From an uncultured Gammaproteobacteria bacterium (lineage in GTDB: Bacteria > Patescibacteriota > Microgenomatia > Levybacterales > GWA1-39-11), in the NCBI GenBank assembly GCA_964537315.1, contig CAZIAP010000005.1, positions 18,669 to 82,668 of the forward strand: 64,000 bases of DNA. Direction: 5' to 3'. Below the pieces are notes generated by a model. It ran no database searches. It was not told the origin of the DNA and was given only the letters and a program-made list of their open reading frames with translations. Shown in pieces: positions 39,958-49,459 of the stretch. Every line of letters starts with the position of its first letter. The first letter of the stretch is position 1. The translations under genes were made by a program, and so were the position numbers.

Positions 39958-40266
39958 ATGGCTAAAGGTAGAATTAGAGTAAAGCTAAAAAGTTATGATT
40001 CTCGAATCATAGACTCGACGTGTCAACAAATCCTTGACACAGCTATCAGAACAGGCGCAAAAGTAATCGGTCCTATCCCCCTACCAACCAAGCGATCTCT
40101 CACAGTTGTTAACAAATCTCCATTTATTGATAAAGATGCTCGTGAGCATTTTGAACTTAAAACTCACAAAAGACTTATCGATATCATGACTCCGACAGAT
40201 AAGACCATCGAGTCTCTAATCCACCTTGATCTCCCAGCAGGTGTTGATGTAGAGATTAAGATGTAA
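39958..40266 (+). CDS. rpsJ: 30S ribosomal protein S10 (NusE)
   Basis: IRVKLKSYD, GPIPLPT and LPAGVDVEIK motifs. Confidence 0.98.
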   Translation: MAKGRIRVKLKSYDSRIIDSTCQQILDTAIRTGAKVIGPIPLPTKRSLTVVNKSPFIDKDAREHFELKTHKRLIDIMTPTDKTIESLIHLDLPAGVDVEIKM

Positions 40267-40362
40267 AAAGCGCAGAGCTAAAAACGAATAGCGCAAAGTT
40301 ACATCTTAAAATATATTAACCACTATCTACTTTTCTCTTTAGCTTATGGTATACTCTGATCC

Positions 40363-40884
40363 ATGAAAGAGCAAGAAAACTTTCATTTTCCGTTTGATAA
40401 TGACAACTCCTCATCTGAAAGTAATCTAGATCCTGAAATTGCCAGAGTTGAAGCAATAAAATATGCTGAAAAAATAAAACAAATCATAAATATGATAAAA
40501 ACTACTCAAGAGACGAATCTAGGTAATGGAATGTGGATTAGCAGGAATAATGAAGGTGATATTGTCCCAGTATTGTACGATGACTCCAATTTCATTCAGG
40601 GTGTAAGTGGAATTACTATATTTAGCGTCTGGAAACCGTCATCTGATTCAGAACCTGTTTTGGAAGAGTCTATGTGTATACAATTTATTCATGAAGTAGA
40701 GGAATCTAAAGTAGGTGTAACAAAATATGATTTTTACGAGGATGGGGAATACGAAAAAGATAAAAGATATATTGTAGATGGCGAAAAAAGTCATGTTATT
40801 GTAAATGAGCCTATGTCTAGTGCCGATTTCGAGCTTGTTGGTTATGCATTAAAAAATATTTACAATAAATTACCAGCATTTTAA
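40363..40884 (+). CDS. orphan acidic protein inserted between rpsJ and rplC
   Basis: 173-aa ORF with TATACT 7 nt before the ATG. Confidence 0.7.
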   Translation: MKEQENFHFPFDNDNSSSESNLDPEIARVEAIKYAEKIKQIINMIKTTQETNLGNGMWISRNNEGDIVPVLYDDSNFIQGVSGITIFSVWKPSSDSEPVLEESMCIQFIHEVEESKVGVTKYDFYEDGEYEKDKRYIVDGEKSHVIVNEPMSSADFELVGYALKNIYNKLPAF

Positions 40885-40911
40885 AAATTTTTAATCTTTC
40901 TTACCCCTCTC

Positions 40912-40940
40912 TTGCAATCAGGCTTCAAATTTAATATAAT
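40912..40940 (+). promoter_or_regulatory. promoter of the rplC operon
   Basis: TTGCAA-N17-TATAAT. Confidence 0.7.
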
Positions 40941-40946
40941 TACTCG

Positions 40947-41062
40947 TATTGTCATGAGTTTAAATCAGGCTGATTTGACTAAACGTTATTCGAGAAGCAT
41001 TTCCTGACACTGAACTCTCCTATGGAGAAACAGTAGAACGGCTTTTCGAAAGCCGTTTTTTT
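40947..41062 (+). promoter_or_regulatory. structured leader / attenuator upstream of rplC
   Basis: Terminator AACGGCTTT/AAAGCCGTT plus T run; competing pairing TTCGAGAAGC (40989-40998) with GCTTTTCGAA (41041-41050). Confidence 0.7.
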
Positions 41063-41114
41063 ATGTCTCAAACACACATGATTCAGAAAAGATTACATAT
41101 AAAAATTATTAAAA

Positions 41115-41975
41115 ATGAACGTAACAACATTAATTGGAACAAAACTAGATCAGAAGCAAACCTTTCTTGAGGATGGTACACGTGTACCAGTTTCTCTTAT
41201 TTCAATCCGCGAAAATGTAATTACACAGATTAAAAACGTTGAAACTGATGGCTATATGTCACTACAGCTAGGATACGGTTCAACAAAAAAGGCAAAAAAT
41301 TCAGTAAACGGAATGGCAAAAAAAGCGGGGTTAAAAGAAACACCCCGTTTTTTACGAGAAACTCGTGTAGAAGACGTATCTGATGCTACAGTCGGTAACT
41401 CTCTCAAAGTTGAAGAAGTATTTGAAGCTGGAGATATTGTAAATGTTGCTGGAACTTCAAAAGGTAAAGGATACGCTGGTGTAGTAAAACGACATGGATT
41501 TCACGGTGGACCAAAAACTCACGGACAGTCAGACAGACATCGTGCACCAGGATCAATCGGACAATCCGCAACACCGGGGCGCGTATATAAAGGTAAAAGA
41601 ATGGCTGGACGTATGGGAAATGAACGTGTTACAGTCCGGAATCTTATGGTTTTAGATATCGTAGATGGTGTTTTATATGTTAAAGGACTTGTTCCAGGGC
41701 CAAAAGGGACATTAATTGAAGTCAAAAAAGTAGGACATGATAATAAATTTACTCCACTATTCAAAATTGTTGAGGAGGTAGAGGCAACAGACGCTAAAAC
41801 TACGGAAGATACGCCAGCTGTAGAAGAGACAGTAGTAGTTGATGAAGTAGTAGAGGAAACTCCAAAGACAGAGACAGTTGAAGAATCTGCTCCTGAAGAA
41901 GATGCTAAATCTGAAAATAAGGATGAAGTTGTAACTCCGATTGAAGAAGAATTAAAGAAGGAGGAGAAAGAGTAA
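41115..41975 (+). CDS. rplC: 50S ribosomal protein L3 with acidic C-terminal extension
   Basis: SKGKGYAGVVKRHGF, PGSIG and GKRMAGRMG motifs. Confidence 0.98.
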   Translation: MNVTTLIGTKLDQKQTFLEDGTRVPVSLISIRENVITQIKNVETDGYMSLQLGYGSTKKAKNSVNGMAKKAGLKETPRFLRETRVEDVSDATVGNSLKVEEVFEAGDIVNVAGTSKGKGYAGVVKRHGFHGGPKTHGQSDRHRAPGSIGQSATPGRVYKGKRMAGRMGNERVTVRNLMVLDIVDGVLYVKGLVPGPKGTLIEVKKVGHDNKFTPLFKIVEEVEATDAKTTEDTPAVEETVVVDEVVEETPKTETVEESAPEEDAKSENKDEVVTPIEEELKKEEKE

Positions 41976-42077
41976 ATTAATCTAATTTCTAATTGCTCTA
42001 ATTGACCTAAGTATATTTGGTCATTAGTAAATTAGAATTTATTTAGAAATTAGAATAATTAGGTTAATTAGAAATTT
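41976..42077. repeat. palindromic CTAATT/AATTAG short-repeat element (long type)
   Basis: CTAAT units followed by complementary ATTAG units; similar to 48413-48511. Confidence 0.8.
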
Positions 42078-42085
42078 CAAATATT

Positions 42086-42841
42086 ATGGCAGAAGTAAAA
42101 AAGAATACTAAAAAAACAACTGAGGTAAAGGCTAAGGTAAGCAAGCCAACCGCAACTAAAGCAATGGCGAGCAAGGAAGCACAGCTTAAAGTTAGCGTTG
42201 TAGATATAAATGGAAAGTCAGCTGGAACAATTGAGTTACCAGTAGAGGTATTTGGTGCTAAAGTTAATCCTACACTTATGGCGCAAGCTGTTCGTGTATA
42301 TCTTGCAAACCAGAGGCAGGGAACGGCACGCGCTAAAACTCGTGGTGAAGTAAACGCTTCAACTCGTAAGATTTATCGACAGAAAGGTACTGGGCGCGCA
42401 CGGCACGGTGCGCTTACTGCACCTCTTTTTGTAGGCGGAGGAACAACTTTTGGTCCTAAACCTCGTGATTTTTCATTGAACTTTTCAAAGAAAATGCGTC
42501 GAGCTGCTCTATTTAGTGCTTTGACTCAAAAAGTTGTAAATAAGGAGCTCGTTGTTCTTGATGTATCTAATGGAGTAACAGGAAAAACAAAAGAAATGTT
42601 TGGAGCATTAAAAGCTTTAAATATGCTTAATAAAAAAGGAAAAGGAAATAAGGTTTTGTTAGTTACGCACGACGCTGAGTCGGTAAAAAAAGCAGCGCGT
42701 AATATTGAAGGGGTTCAAGCTACAAGCGTATCAACACTTTCGACTTATACAGTCCTAAATCACAGAAATATAATCTTTGTAAAAGGCGCAGTTGGAAAGA
42801 TGAGTGAAATATATCTAGATAAGCAAGAAGCTAAAAGCTAA
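42086..42841 (+). CDS. rplD: 50S ribosomal protein L4 with Lys-rich N-terminal extension
   Basis: [17 protein letters not shown] and FGPKPR motifs. Confidence 0.98.
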   Translation: MAEVKKNTKKTTEVKAKVSKPTATKAMASKEAQLKVSVVDINGKSAGTIELPVEVFGAKVNPTLMAQAVRVYLANQRQGTARAKTRGEVNASTRKIYRQKGTGRARHGALTAPLFVGGGTTFGPKPRDFSLNFSKKMRRAALFSALTQKVVNKELVVLDVSNGVTGKTKEMFGALKALNMLNKKGKGNKVLLVTHDAESVKKAARNIEGVQATSVSTLSTYTVLNHRNIIFVKGAVGKMSEIYLDKQEAKS

Positions 42842-42852
42842 AAACGAAAAAT

Positions 42853-43152
42853 ATGAAATCTATACACGAAGTTATAAAAAAACCAATTATAAGTGAAAAA
42901 TCTTTCGCTGAGGCATCACGCGGCAGATATTCTTTTGTTGTAGATGAGTCTGCAAACAAAAATGATATTAAAGCAGCAGTCGAAAAAATGTTTAATGTCA
43001 AAGTAGTAGGAGTTGCAACAAATATTATCAAAGGATCAAAAATGAGATTTACTAAAAAAGGGAGAAATTTACAAAACTTAACATATAAAAAAGCACGTGT
43101 ACAATTAGCAAAAGATCAAAAAATCGATATCTTCGAGGAGGTAAAAGAATAG
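42853..43152 (+). CDS. rplW: 50S ribosomal protein L23
   Basis: PIISEKS, ANKNDIKAAVE and YKKARV motifs. Confidence 0.97.
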   Translation: MKSIHEVIKKPIISEKSFAEASRGRYSFVVDESANKNDIKAAVEKMFNVKVVGVATNIIKGSKMRFTKKGRNLQNLTYKKARVQLAKDQKIDIFEEVKE

Positions 43153-43154
43153 TT

Positions 43155-43898
43155 ATGAGAAAACTTAAAGTAATACTAAAAAAACATTCAGGACGTGATG
43201 GAAGCGGTCAGGTTGTAGTGCGCCATCAAGGAGGAAGGCATAAGAGATTTTATCGTGTTATTGACTTTAAACGAAATAAAATTGATGTAGATGGTACAGT
43301 AACCTCAATTGATTATGATCCAAATCGTTCTGTAGATATTGCTCTTGTGCAGTACGCTGATGGGGATAAAAGATATATTTTATGTCCGGTTGGATTAAAA
43401 GTAGGCGACAAGATAAAGGCAGGCGAGAAGTCTGAAATTAAAACAGGAAATGCGCTTCCTATGCGCAGTATTCCGGTTGGAAGTATTGTACATAATCTTG
43501 AGCTTACAAGAGGTCGTGGTGGACAAATAGTGAGAGCAGCAGGAAATCAGGCTATTATTCAGTCAAGAGAAGGCGGATATGTTCAAGTAAAACTTCCGAG
43601 TGGAGAGATCCGTAAGATAAACGCGGAAAATTATGCTACAATTGGCCAGCTTGGCAATGTCGATCGTAAGGATCGTGTAATGGGTAAAGCAGGTGCGAAC
43701 AGAAGAATGGGTAAACGGCCGACTGTTAGAGGTGTTGCGATGAATCCTCGCTCACATCCTCATGGCGGTGGAGAAGGAAGATCAGGTATTGGTATGCCTT
43801 CACCTAAAACCTATGCAGGAAAGTTAGCAGTAGGAAAAACAAGAAGACCTAAAAAATATTCAGATAAATATATTGTTAAAAGAAGAGGAGAGAAATAA
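43155..43898 (+). CDS. rplB: 50S ribosomal protein L2, N-terminally shortened
   Basis: YDPNRS and [18 protein letters not shown] motifs. Confidence 0.98.
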   Translation: MRKLKVILKKHSGRDGSGQVVVRHQGGRHKRFYRVIDFKRNKIDVDGTVTSIDYDPNRSVDIALVQYADGDKRYILCPVGLKVGDKIKAGEKSEIKTGNALPMRSIPVGSIVHNLELTRGRGGQIVRAAGNQAIIQSREGGYVQVKLPSGEIRKINAENYATIGQLGNVDRKDRVMGKAGANRRMGKRPTVRGVAMNPRSHPHGGGEGRSGIGMPSPKTYAGKLAVGKTRRPKKYSDKYIVKRRGEK

Positions 43899-43900
43899 TT

Positions 43901-44185
43901 ATGGCAAGATCAAGTAAAAAAGGACCATTAATTGACGAAAGACTAATGAAAAAGGTACAGGCTCAAAAAGAGTCAGGTAATCGTGATGGAATAAAAACCT
44001 GGTCAAGAGCATGTCAAATACCGCCAGAGTTTGTCGGTCACACATTTATGATTCATAACGGTAAGCACTTTATTTCAGTGCGGATTACTGAAGGAATGGT
44101 AGGACATAGACTCGGAGAGTTTGCTCCGACTCGACACTTTAAAGGACACGGAAGAATTGTGGCTCGTGAGATTAGTAAAACCTAG
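43901..44185 (+). CDS. rpsS: 30S ribosomal protein S19
   Basis: KTWSR and [13 protein letters not shown] motifs. Confidence 0.98.
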   Translation: MARSSKKGPLIDERLMKKVQAQKESGNRDGIKTWSRACQIPPEFVGHTFMIHNGKHFISVRITEGMVGHRLGEFAPTRHFKGHGRIVAREISKT

Positions 44186-44207
44186 TTAATTGATTAGAAT
44201 TTGAATT

Positions 44208-44711
44208 ATGGAATACAAAGCAGAAGCAAAAAATATTAAGATATCACCCCGCAAAGTGCGGTTGGTAGCAGATAGTGTAAAAGGTTTACAGCTCGATCAG
44301 ATGATTGCTAGTTTGACTGTATTAAACAAAAGAGCGGCTGATCCAATTCGCAAGACTTTGGAAAGCGCAATAGCGAATGCTGTAAATAACTTTCAGGCAA
44401 GCAGAGGAGATCTGAAACTTAAAGAAATAATGATTGGAGAAGGAATCATGTACAAAAGATATCATTTTGCTGCACGGGGTCGTGTTCGCCCGTACCTTCG
44501 TCGTACCAGTCATATTAGGGTGATTTTGGAAGATCAGATTGAAAGAACAGAAATGGCAACAAAAGCAGCAGAGCAAGCAGTAATTAATATGACAGAGCCC
44601 ACCGACGCTAAAGCTATGGAGGGCAAGCCCACTTCTGTTAAAGCTAAGGAAGGAAAAGAAGTAAAGAAAGTTACTAAGAAGGTTGAGAAAAAGAAAGGAG
44701 AAAGTAAATAA
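44208..44711 (+). CDS. rplV: 50S ribosomal protein L22 with C-terminal extension
   Basis: ISPRKVRLV, SAIANA and RTSHI motifs. Confidence 0.97.
   Translation: MEYKAEAKNIKISPRKVRLVADSVKGLQLDQMIASLTVLNKRAADPIRKTLESAIANAVNNFQASRGDLKLKEIMIGEGIMYKRYHFAARGRVRPYLRRTSHIRVILEDQIERTEMATKAAEQAVINMTEPTDAKAMEGKPTSVKAKEGKEVKKVTKKVEKKKGESK
44598..44657 (+). repeat. two tandem 30-nt REP-like units in frame in the rplV tail
   Basis: CCCACCGACGCTAAAGCTATGGAGGGCAAG followed by CCCACTTCTGTTAAAGCTAAGGAAGGAAAA. Confidence 0.6.
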
Positions 44712-45352
44712 TGGGACAAAAAGTAAACCCGATTGCATTAAGATTAGGAATTCACCATGACTTCAAGAGCGTGGGATATTATTCTAAGAAAAATTATGCA
44801 TCTACGGTATTGCAAGATATAAAAATTAGAGAAATGTTGTTTGACAAACTCAAGCAAGCAAGTATAGGCGAAGTACAGATATTACGCACATTAAATGGAA
44901 TTAAAATAACGATTCATGTTGTACGTCCTGGTATTGTAATTGGGCGTGGAGGACAAGGGTTAGAAGAGCTTAAGAGGTCAATTGTTCGCGTGATGCAGGA
45001 AACCAGCAAAGAGAAGGTTTCACCACGAATTGAGCTTAAAGTAGAGCCAATTAAGGATCCTAACCTGAGCGCGCATTTAGTAGCAACAAATATCTCTGAT
45101 ATGTTAAATCGTCGCATGCCTCACAGACGTGTAATGAAACAGTCTGCAGAGCGAGTTATGAATGCAGGTGCAAAAGGTGTTAGAATCATACTTTCCGGAC
45201 GTATTGGAGGAGCTGAGATTGGACGAAAAGAAAGAACACAGATCGGAAAGGTGTCTCTTTCAACTATTAGAGAAAACATTGATTATGCACAGATTCCAGC
45301 TTTGACAAAAAGCGGATATGTGGGAGTAAAAGTTTGGATAAATAAGGAGTAA
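44711..45352 (+). CDS. rpsC: 30S ribosomal protein S3
   Basis: MGQKVNP, RPGIVIGRGG and SGRIGGAEI motifs. Confidence 0.98.
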   Translation: MGQKVNPIALRLGIHHDFKSVGYYSKKNYASTVLQDIKIREMLFDKLKQASIGEVQILRTLNGIKITIHVVRPGIVIGRGGQGLEELKRSIVRVMQETSKEKVSPRIELKVEPIKDPNLSAHLVATNISDMLNRRMPHRRVMKQSAERVMNAGAKGVRIILSGRIGGAEIGRKERTQIGKVSLSTIRENIDYAQIPALTKSGYVGVKVWINKE

Positions 45353-45358
45353 TAAATT

Positions 45359-45775
45359 ATGTTAATGCCAAAAAGATTAAAATATAGAAAAATATTTAAG
45401 CAACGTGAGGATAAAGGCGTAGAGCAAAAAGGAATCACTCTTGCTTTTGGTACATTTGGACTTAGATCTGAGACATCAGGACAGATTACCAGTCGTCAGA
45501 TTGAGTCTGCGCGTCGTGCAATGACCCACTTTACTAAGCGTGGTGGTAGAATTTGGATTCGCATTTTCCCTGCAACTCCAACGACTAAAAAACCGCCTGA
45601 GACTCGAATGGGTGGAGGAAAAGGTGACATACATGAATATGTGACAAAGGTAGGTCCTGGAAGAGTACTTTTTGAAATGAGTGGAGTTAGTGAAGAGGTG
45701 GCTAAAGAAGCGTTCCGTCTTGCTTCACACAAACTGCCTGTAAAAAGTGGTTTTATTACAAGGGAAGGAAAATAG
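45359..45775 (+). CDS. rplP: 50S ribosomal protein L16
   Basis: WIRIFP and RMGGGKG motifs. Confidence 0.98.
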   Translation: MLMPKRLKYRKIFKQREDKGVEQKGITLAFGTFGLRSETSGQITSRQIESARRAMTHFTKRGGRIWIRIFPATPTTKKPPETRMGGGKGDIHEYVTKVGPGRVLFEMSGVSEEVAKEAFRLASHKLPVKSGFITREGK

Positions 45776-45776
45776 T

Positions 45777-45992
45777 ATGAAAACGAAAGAAGTAAAAGAA
45801 TTGCCTAATAAGACAAATGCAGATTTAACAAAAATGCTCGATGAGTTGCACTCTTCGTTTGCAAAAAACAAACTTGATTTAAAGCTTGGCAGAAGTAAGA
45901 ATACTGCAGTTTTAAAAGATATCAAGAGAGACATAGCACGGGTAATGACAGTGCTAAAGAAAAAGGAAGGAGAAATTAAAGAAAATGTCTAA
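45777..45992 (+). CDS. rpmC: 50S ribosomal protein L29
   Basis: KRDIARVMTV motif and operon position; ATG at 45777. Confidence 0.93.
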   Translation: MKTKEVKELPNKTNADLTKMLDELHSSFAKNKLDLKLGRSKNTAVLKDIKRDIARVMTVLKKKEGEIKENV

Positions 45993-46341
45993 AAAAATAT
46001 TAACAGGAACAGTAGTTTCGGATAAGATGACCAATACCGTTGTAGTTGAGGTTGTGCGTTACGTTGTGCATCCACTATATAAAAAGAGGATTAAGTTAAC
46101 AAAAAAATATAGTGCGGACACTAATGGAGTACCAAGCGCGGTAGGTGATTTTGTAAAAATTGAGGAGACTGTACCGATAAGTAAGACAAAACATTTTAAG
46201 GTTATTGAAAAGATCGTTGAGATTACACCTGAAGGAGAAAAAACAGCAAAGGTGAGTACGAAAGATACAAAAAACTCAGCTGAAAAAGAAGAAAAAAAGC
46301 CAGCACGAAAAGTCAGAGCAAAGAAAGGAGAATCTAAGTAA
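45985..46341 (+). CDS. rpsQ: 30S ribosomal protein S17 with Lys-rich tail
   Basis: GTVVSDKM, HPLYKK and PISKTK motifs. Confidence 0.97.
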   Translation: MSKKILTGTVVSDKMTNTVVVEVVRYVVHPLYKKRIKLTKKYSADTNGVPSAVGDFVKIEETVPISKTKHFKVIEKIVEITPEGEKTAKVSTKDTKNSAEKEEKKPARKVRAKKGESK

Positions 46342-46402
46342 AATAGCTAATATCTAACTTCTAATGCCAAATTAGGAATTAGTAATTAGGACTTAGAAAT
46401 TT
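46342..46402. repeat. palindromic heptamer element (short type)
   Basis: atatcta acttcta atgccaa att aggaatt agtaatt aggactt agaaatt; near-identical to 57624-57684. Confidence 0.8.
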
Positions 46403-46408
46403 ATAACA

Positions 46409-46783
46409 ATGGTACAATTACGAACAATGCTAGTATCTGCTGATAACAGCGGAGCGAAAGAACTAATGGTAATCCAGATATATGGTGGATCACGCCGTCG
46501 ATTTGGATATCTTGGTGAAACACTTGGTTGTATTGTAAAGAGAGCATTACCAAATGGTGAGTATAAAAAAGGCGACTTGGTAAAAGTTGTGCTGGTTCGA
46601 ACAAAAAAAGAGGTAAGACGCGCTGATGGATCATATATAAGATTTTCCGAAAATGCAGGTGTTGTAATAAATAGTCTTGAAAATAAGGACCCTGTAGGGA
46701 CACGTGTTTTCGGTCCAATTGCGCGTGAAGTACGTGAGAAAGGATTTACAAAAATTGCGAGCTTAGCAAAAAATGTAGTTTAA
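46409..46783 (+). CDS. rplN: 50S ribosomal protein L14
   Basis: ADNSGAK and GTRVFGPIARE motifs. Confidence 0.98.
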   Translation: MVQLRTMLVSADNSGAKELMVIQIYGGSRRRFGYLGETLGCIVKRALPNGEYKKGDLVKVVLVRTKKEVRRADGSYIRFSENAGVVINSLENKDPVGTRVFGPIAREVREKGFTKIASLAKNVV

Positions 46784-46788
46784 ATATT

Positions 46789-47094
46789 ATGAAATTAAAA
46801 AAAGGCGATTTAGTACAAATAATGATGGGAAAAGATAAAGGTAAAACCGGTAAGATTGAACGTGTTTTGCCGAAAAAAAACACAGTTGTAGTGGAAGGAT
46901 TAAATGTTTACAAAAGACACGTAAAAGGTCTTGGTGGACAGCAAGCGTCTGAGATAAAAACATTCTCGCGCCCGTTACCTGTTTCCAAGGTTGCACTGGT
47001 AGATCCAAAGAGCAAGAAACCTACACGTGTAGTATTTAAATCTGAAAAAGGTGAAAAAGTAAGAGTGGCTAAAAAATCAGGCCAAACAATTTAA
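46789..47094 (+). CDS. rplX: 50S ribosomal protein L24
   Basis: GKDKGKTG and VEGLN motifs. Confidence 0.97.
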   Translation: MKLKKGDLVQIMMGKDKGKTGKIERVLPKKNTVVVEGLNVYKRHVKGLGGQQASEIKTFSRPLPVSKVALVDPKSKKPTRVVFKSEKGEKVRVAKKSGQTI

Positions 47095-47099
47095 ATATT

Positions 47100-47213
47100 A
47101 TGAAAGTACAAGCATCAGTTAAACCAAGGTGTATGAAATGTAAAATAGTACGCCGAAAAGGAAAAGTATATGTAATTTGTGAGAACCCTAAGCACAAACA
47201 GCGACAGGGATAG
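47100..47213 (+). CDS. rpmJ: 50S ribosomal protein L36 (Zn-ribbon type)
   Basis: Not in the ORF track: [37 protein letters not shown]. Confidence 0.97.
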   Translation: MKVQASVKPRCMKCKIVRRKGKVYVICENPKHKQRQG

Positions 47214-47252
47214 TTTGATAATGTCTAATTTATAATGACAAATTAGTAATTT
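47214..47252. repeat. truncated palindromic heptamer element
   Basis: atgtcta atttata atgacaa att agtaatt. Confidence 0.6.
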
Positions 47253-47257
47253 TGAAT

Positions 47258-47809
47258 ATGAGTAGTTATAAAAAAACATATAAAGATGAAATAGTGCCGA
47301 AGCTACAGAAGCGGATGAATATAAAAAATCCGATGGCTGTACCGAGGCTTCAAAAGATCGTAGTTAACACCAGCAATCGTGAGTTTTTGCAGGATAAAAA
47401 GAATATTGAAAAATATGCTGATGAGCTAGTAACAATCACAGGGCAAAAACCAAAGGTTGTAAAAGCAAAAATATCTGTTGCAACATTTAAATTGCGTGAA
47501 GGTGACGATATTGGGTTGGTTGTGACATTACGCGGTGACCGTATGTATGATTTTTTTGAAAAACTTGTTAAAATAGTCCTTCCGCGCGTGAAAGATTTTA
47601 GCGGAGTAAGTAGAGAATCATTTGACGGTCATGGTAATATGACAATCGGGTTTTCTGAACAGACGGTTTTTCCTGAGATTGACCCTGGTAGAGTTGATCG
47701 AATTAGAAGCTTGCAAATGGTACTTGTGACTAGTGCAAGTAACGATGAACAAGGGTTAGCTTTATTAGAGGAAATGGGAATGCCGTTTAAAAAGATAGTA
47801 AAGGAGTAA
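47258..47809 (+). CDS. rplE: 50S ribosomal protein L5
   Basis: ITGQKP, FKLREG, VTLRG and LPRVKDF motifs. Confidence 0.98.
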   Translation: MSSYKKTYKDEIVPKLQKRMNIKNPMAVPRLQKIVVNTSNREFLQDKKNIEKYADELVTITGQKPKVVKAKISVATFKLREGDDIGLVVTLRGDRMYDFFEKLVKIVLPRVKDFSGVSRESFDGHGNMTIGFSEQTVFPEIDPGRVDRIRSLQMVLVTSASNDEQGLALLEEMGMPFKKIVKE

Positions 47810-47811
47810 GT

Positions 47812-47997
47812 ATGGCTAAAAAATCAGACGTAGTAAAATTTGAAAAAAAACAAAAATATAGTACTAGAGAAAAGAACAGATGTGCAATCTGCGGTCGTTC
47901 ACGTGCATTTATTCGCATGTATGGTATGTGTAGAATATGTTTTAGAGAAAAAGCACTGAAAGGACAGTTGCCAGGTGTGAAGAAAGCATCGTGGTAA
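47812..47997 (+). CDS. rpsN: 30S ribosomal protein S14 type Z
   Basis: RCAICGR...MCRICFRE...PGVKKASW. Confidence 0.98.
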   Translation: MAKKSDVVKFEKKQKYSTREKNRCAICGRSRAFIRMYGMCRICFREKALKGQLPGVKKASW

Positions 47998-48012
47998 GAA
48001 AGGAAAAATAAT

Positions 48013-48402
48013 ATGAATTATACAATGGGTGATTTTATGATTAGGATTAAAAATGCGTATATGGCGCATCTTCCGACAGTGGAAGCACCGTATTCAAAGA
48101 CATCATTGGCATTGGCAAAAATTTTGGTCGATAACAAATACGTAAAAAAAGTTGAAGAAAAAGAAGTGGATGGTTGGAAAAAGCTGGTAGTAACTCTTAG
48201 TTACAGTAAAAGAAACCCGGCGTTAAGCAACGTGAAAATTATTTCTACGCCATCATTACACATTTACGTAAAGAAACATGAGTTGCCTACAAAAGTCCGT
48301 GAGCTGGGTATTCATATAATTTCTACCAGTAAAGGACTAATGTCAGATAAAGACGCTATGAAAGCTGGAGTTGGAGGGAAGCTTCTTTTCCAGGTTCAAT
48401 AA
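48013..48402 (+). CDS. rpsH: 30S ribosomal protein S8
   Basis: RIKNA and ISTSKGLM motifs. Confidence 0.97.
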   Translation: MNYTMGDFMIRIKNAYMAHLPTVEAPYSKTSLALAKILVDNKYVKKVEEKEVDGWKKLVVTLSYSKRNPALSNVKIISTPSLHIYVKKHELPTKVRELGIHIISTSKGLMSDKDAMKAGVGGKLLFQVQ

Positions 48403-48412
48403 GGAAAAGAAG

Positions 48413-48511
48413 AAATTAACCTAATTTCTAATTGACCTAATTAACCAAAAGTTAGATCAATTGAAAATTGGGATTTGTTTAGAAATTAGTAATTAGAATA
48501 ATTAGAAATTT
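48413..48511. repeat. palindromic CTAATT/AATTAG short-repeat element (long type)
   Basis: Shares AAATTAAYCTAATTTCTAATTG, ATTTRTTTAGAAATTAG and TAATTAGAAATTT blocks with 41976-42077. Confidence 0.8.
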
Positions 48512-48518
48512 ATAAAAT

Positions 48519-49061
48519 ATGTCAAATATAGGAAAAGTACCAGTAGAAATAAAAGAAGGAGTTCAAGTCACAATTGACGGTAGTAAGGCAGTGGTTACAG
48601 GACCTAAAGGTACATTGGAGCAGAGAATTCCAAGAGGTATTGCAGTAGAGCAGGAAAATGGACACTTAGTAGTTAAAAAAGTTCACGATAGTAAAGAGCT
48701 TGAAAAGTTTTATGGTCTTACCCGAGCGCTACTTGCGAACATGGTAATCGGCGTAAGTGAAGGGTTTACAAAGCAAATGGAGCTTCATGGAGTAGGGTAT
48801 CGCGCAAAAGTAGAAGGAAATGTTCTTGTACTGAATGTCGGATTTGCTCACCCTGTCAGAATTACTCCGCCTGAAGGTGTAACATTTACCGTAGCAGATA
48901 ATAATATTAATATTTCAGGAATAAACAAAGAGTTAGTGGGAGATATTGCAAGTAAGATTAGAAAAGTACGTCCTCCGGATCCATATAAATCAAAGGGTAT
49001 TCGGTATGCAGGAGAAATACTAAAGAAGAAAGCAGGTAAGTCTGCAAAAGCAGCTAAATAA
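48519..49061 (+). CDS. rplF: 50S ribosomal protein L6
   Basis: GPKGTL, GVGYRA and PDPYKSKGI motifs. Confidence 0.98.
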   Translation: MSNIGKVPVEIKEGVQVTIDGSKAVVTGPKGTLEQRIPRGIAVEQENGHLVVKKVHDSKELEKFYGLTRALLANMVIGVSEGFTKQMELHGVGYRAKVEGNVLVLNVGFAHPVRITPPEGVTFTVADNNINISGINKELVGDIASKIRKVRPPDPYKSKGIRYAGEILKKKAGKSAKAAK

Positions 49062-49070
49062 AGGAGAAAT

Positions 49071-49430
49071 ATGAGTGAAATAATAACAAAAAAAGAACGA
49101 AGGATACGGCGCGTGAATCGCGTACGTAGTAAATTATTGGATCAAAACGGAAAACTTAGAATATCAGTTTTTGCATCTAATAAGCATATGTATGCTCAAA
49201 TTATTGATGATGCAGATGGAAAGACATTAGTAAGTGTGTCTATGACTGATGTGAAGAGTGCCAAAGGATCAAAAAGTGAGATCGCAGCTCAACTCGGATC
49301 ACTTCTTGCAGAGAAAGCAAAGAGTGCAAAAATTAATGACAATATGGTATTTGATAAGGGTAGGTATAAGTATCATGGGCGCGTTAAAGCATTTGCAGAC
49401 GCAGCTCGAGAAGCAGGTCTTAAGTTTTAA
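49071..49430 (+). CDS. rplR: 50S ribosomal protein L18
   Basis: SNKHMYAQIIDD, YHGRVKA and AREAGLKF motifs. Confidence 0.98.
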   Translation: MSEIITKKERRIRRVNRVRSKLLDQNGKLRISVFASNKHMYAQIIDDADGKTLVSVSMTDVKSAKGSKSEIAAQLGSLLAEKAKSAKINDNMVFDKGRYKYHGRVKAFADAAREAGLKF

Positions 49431-49459
49431 GGTATAATAAATATATAAATTTAAATATT

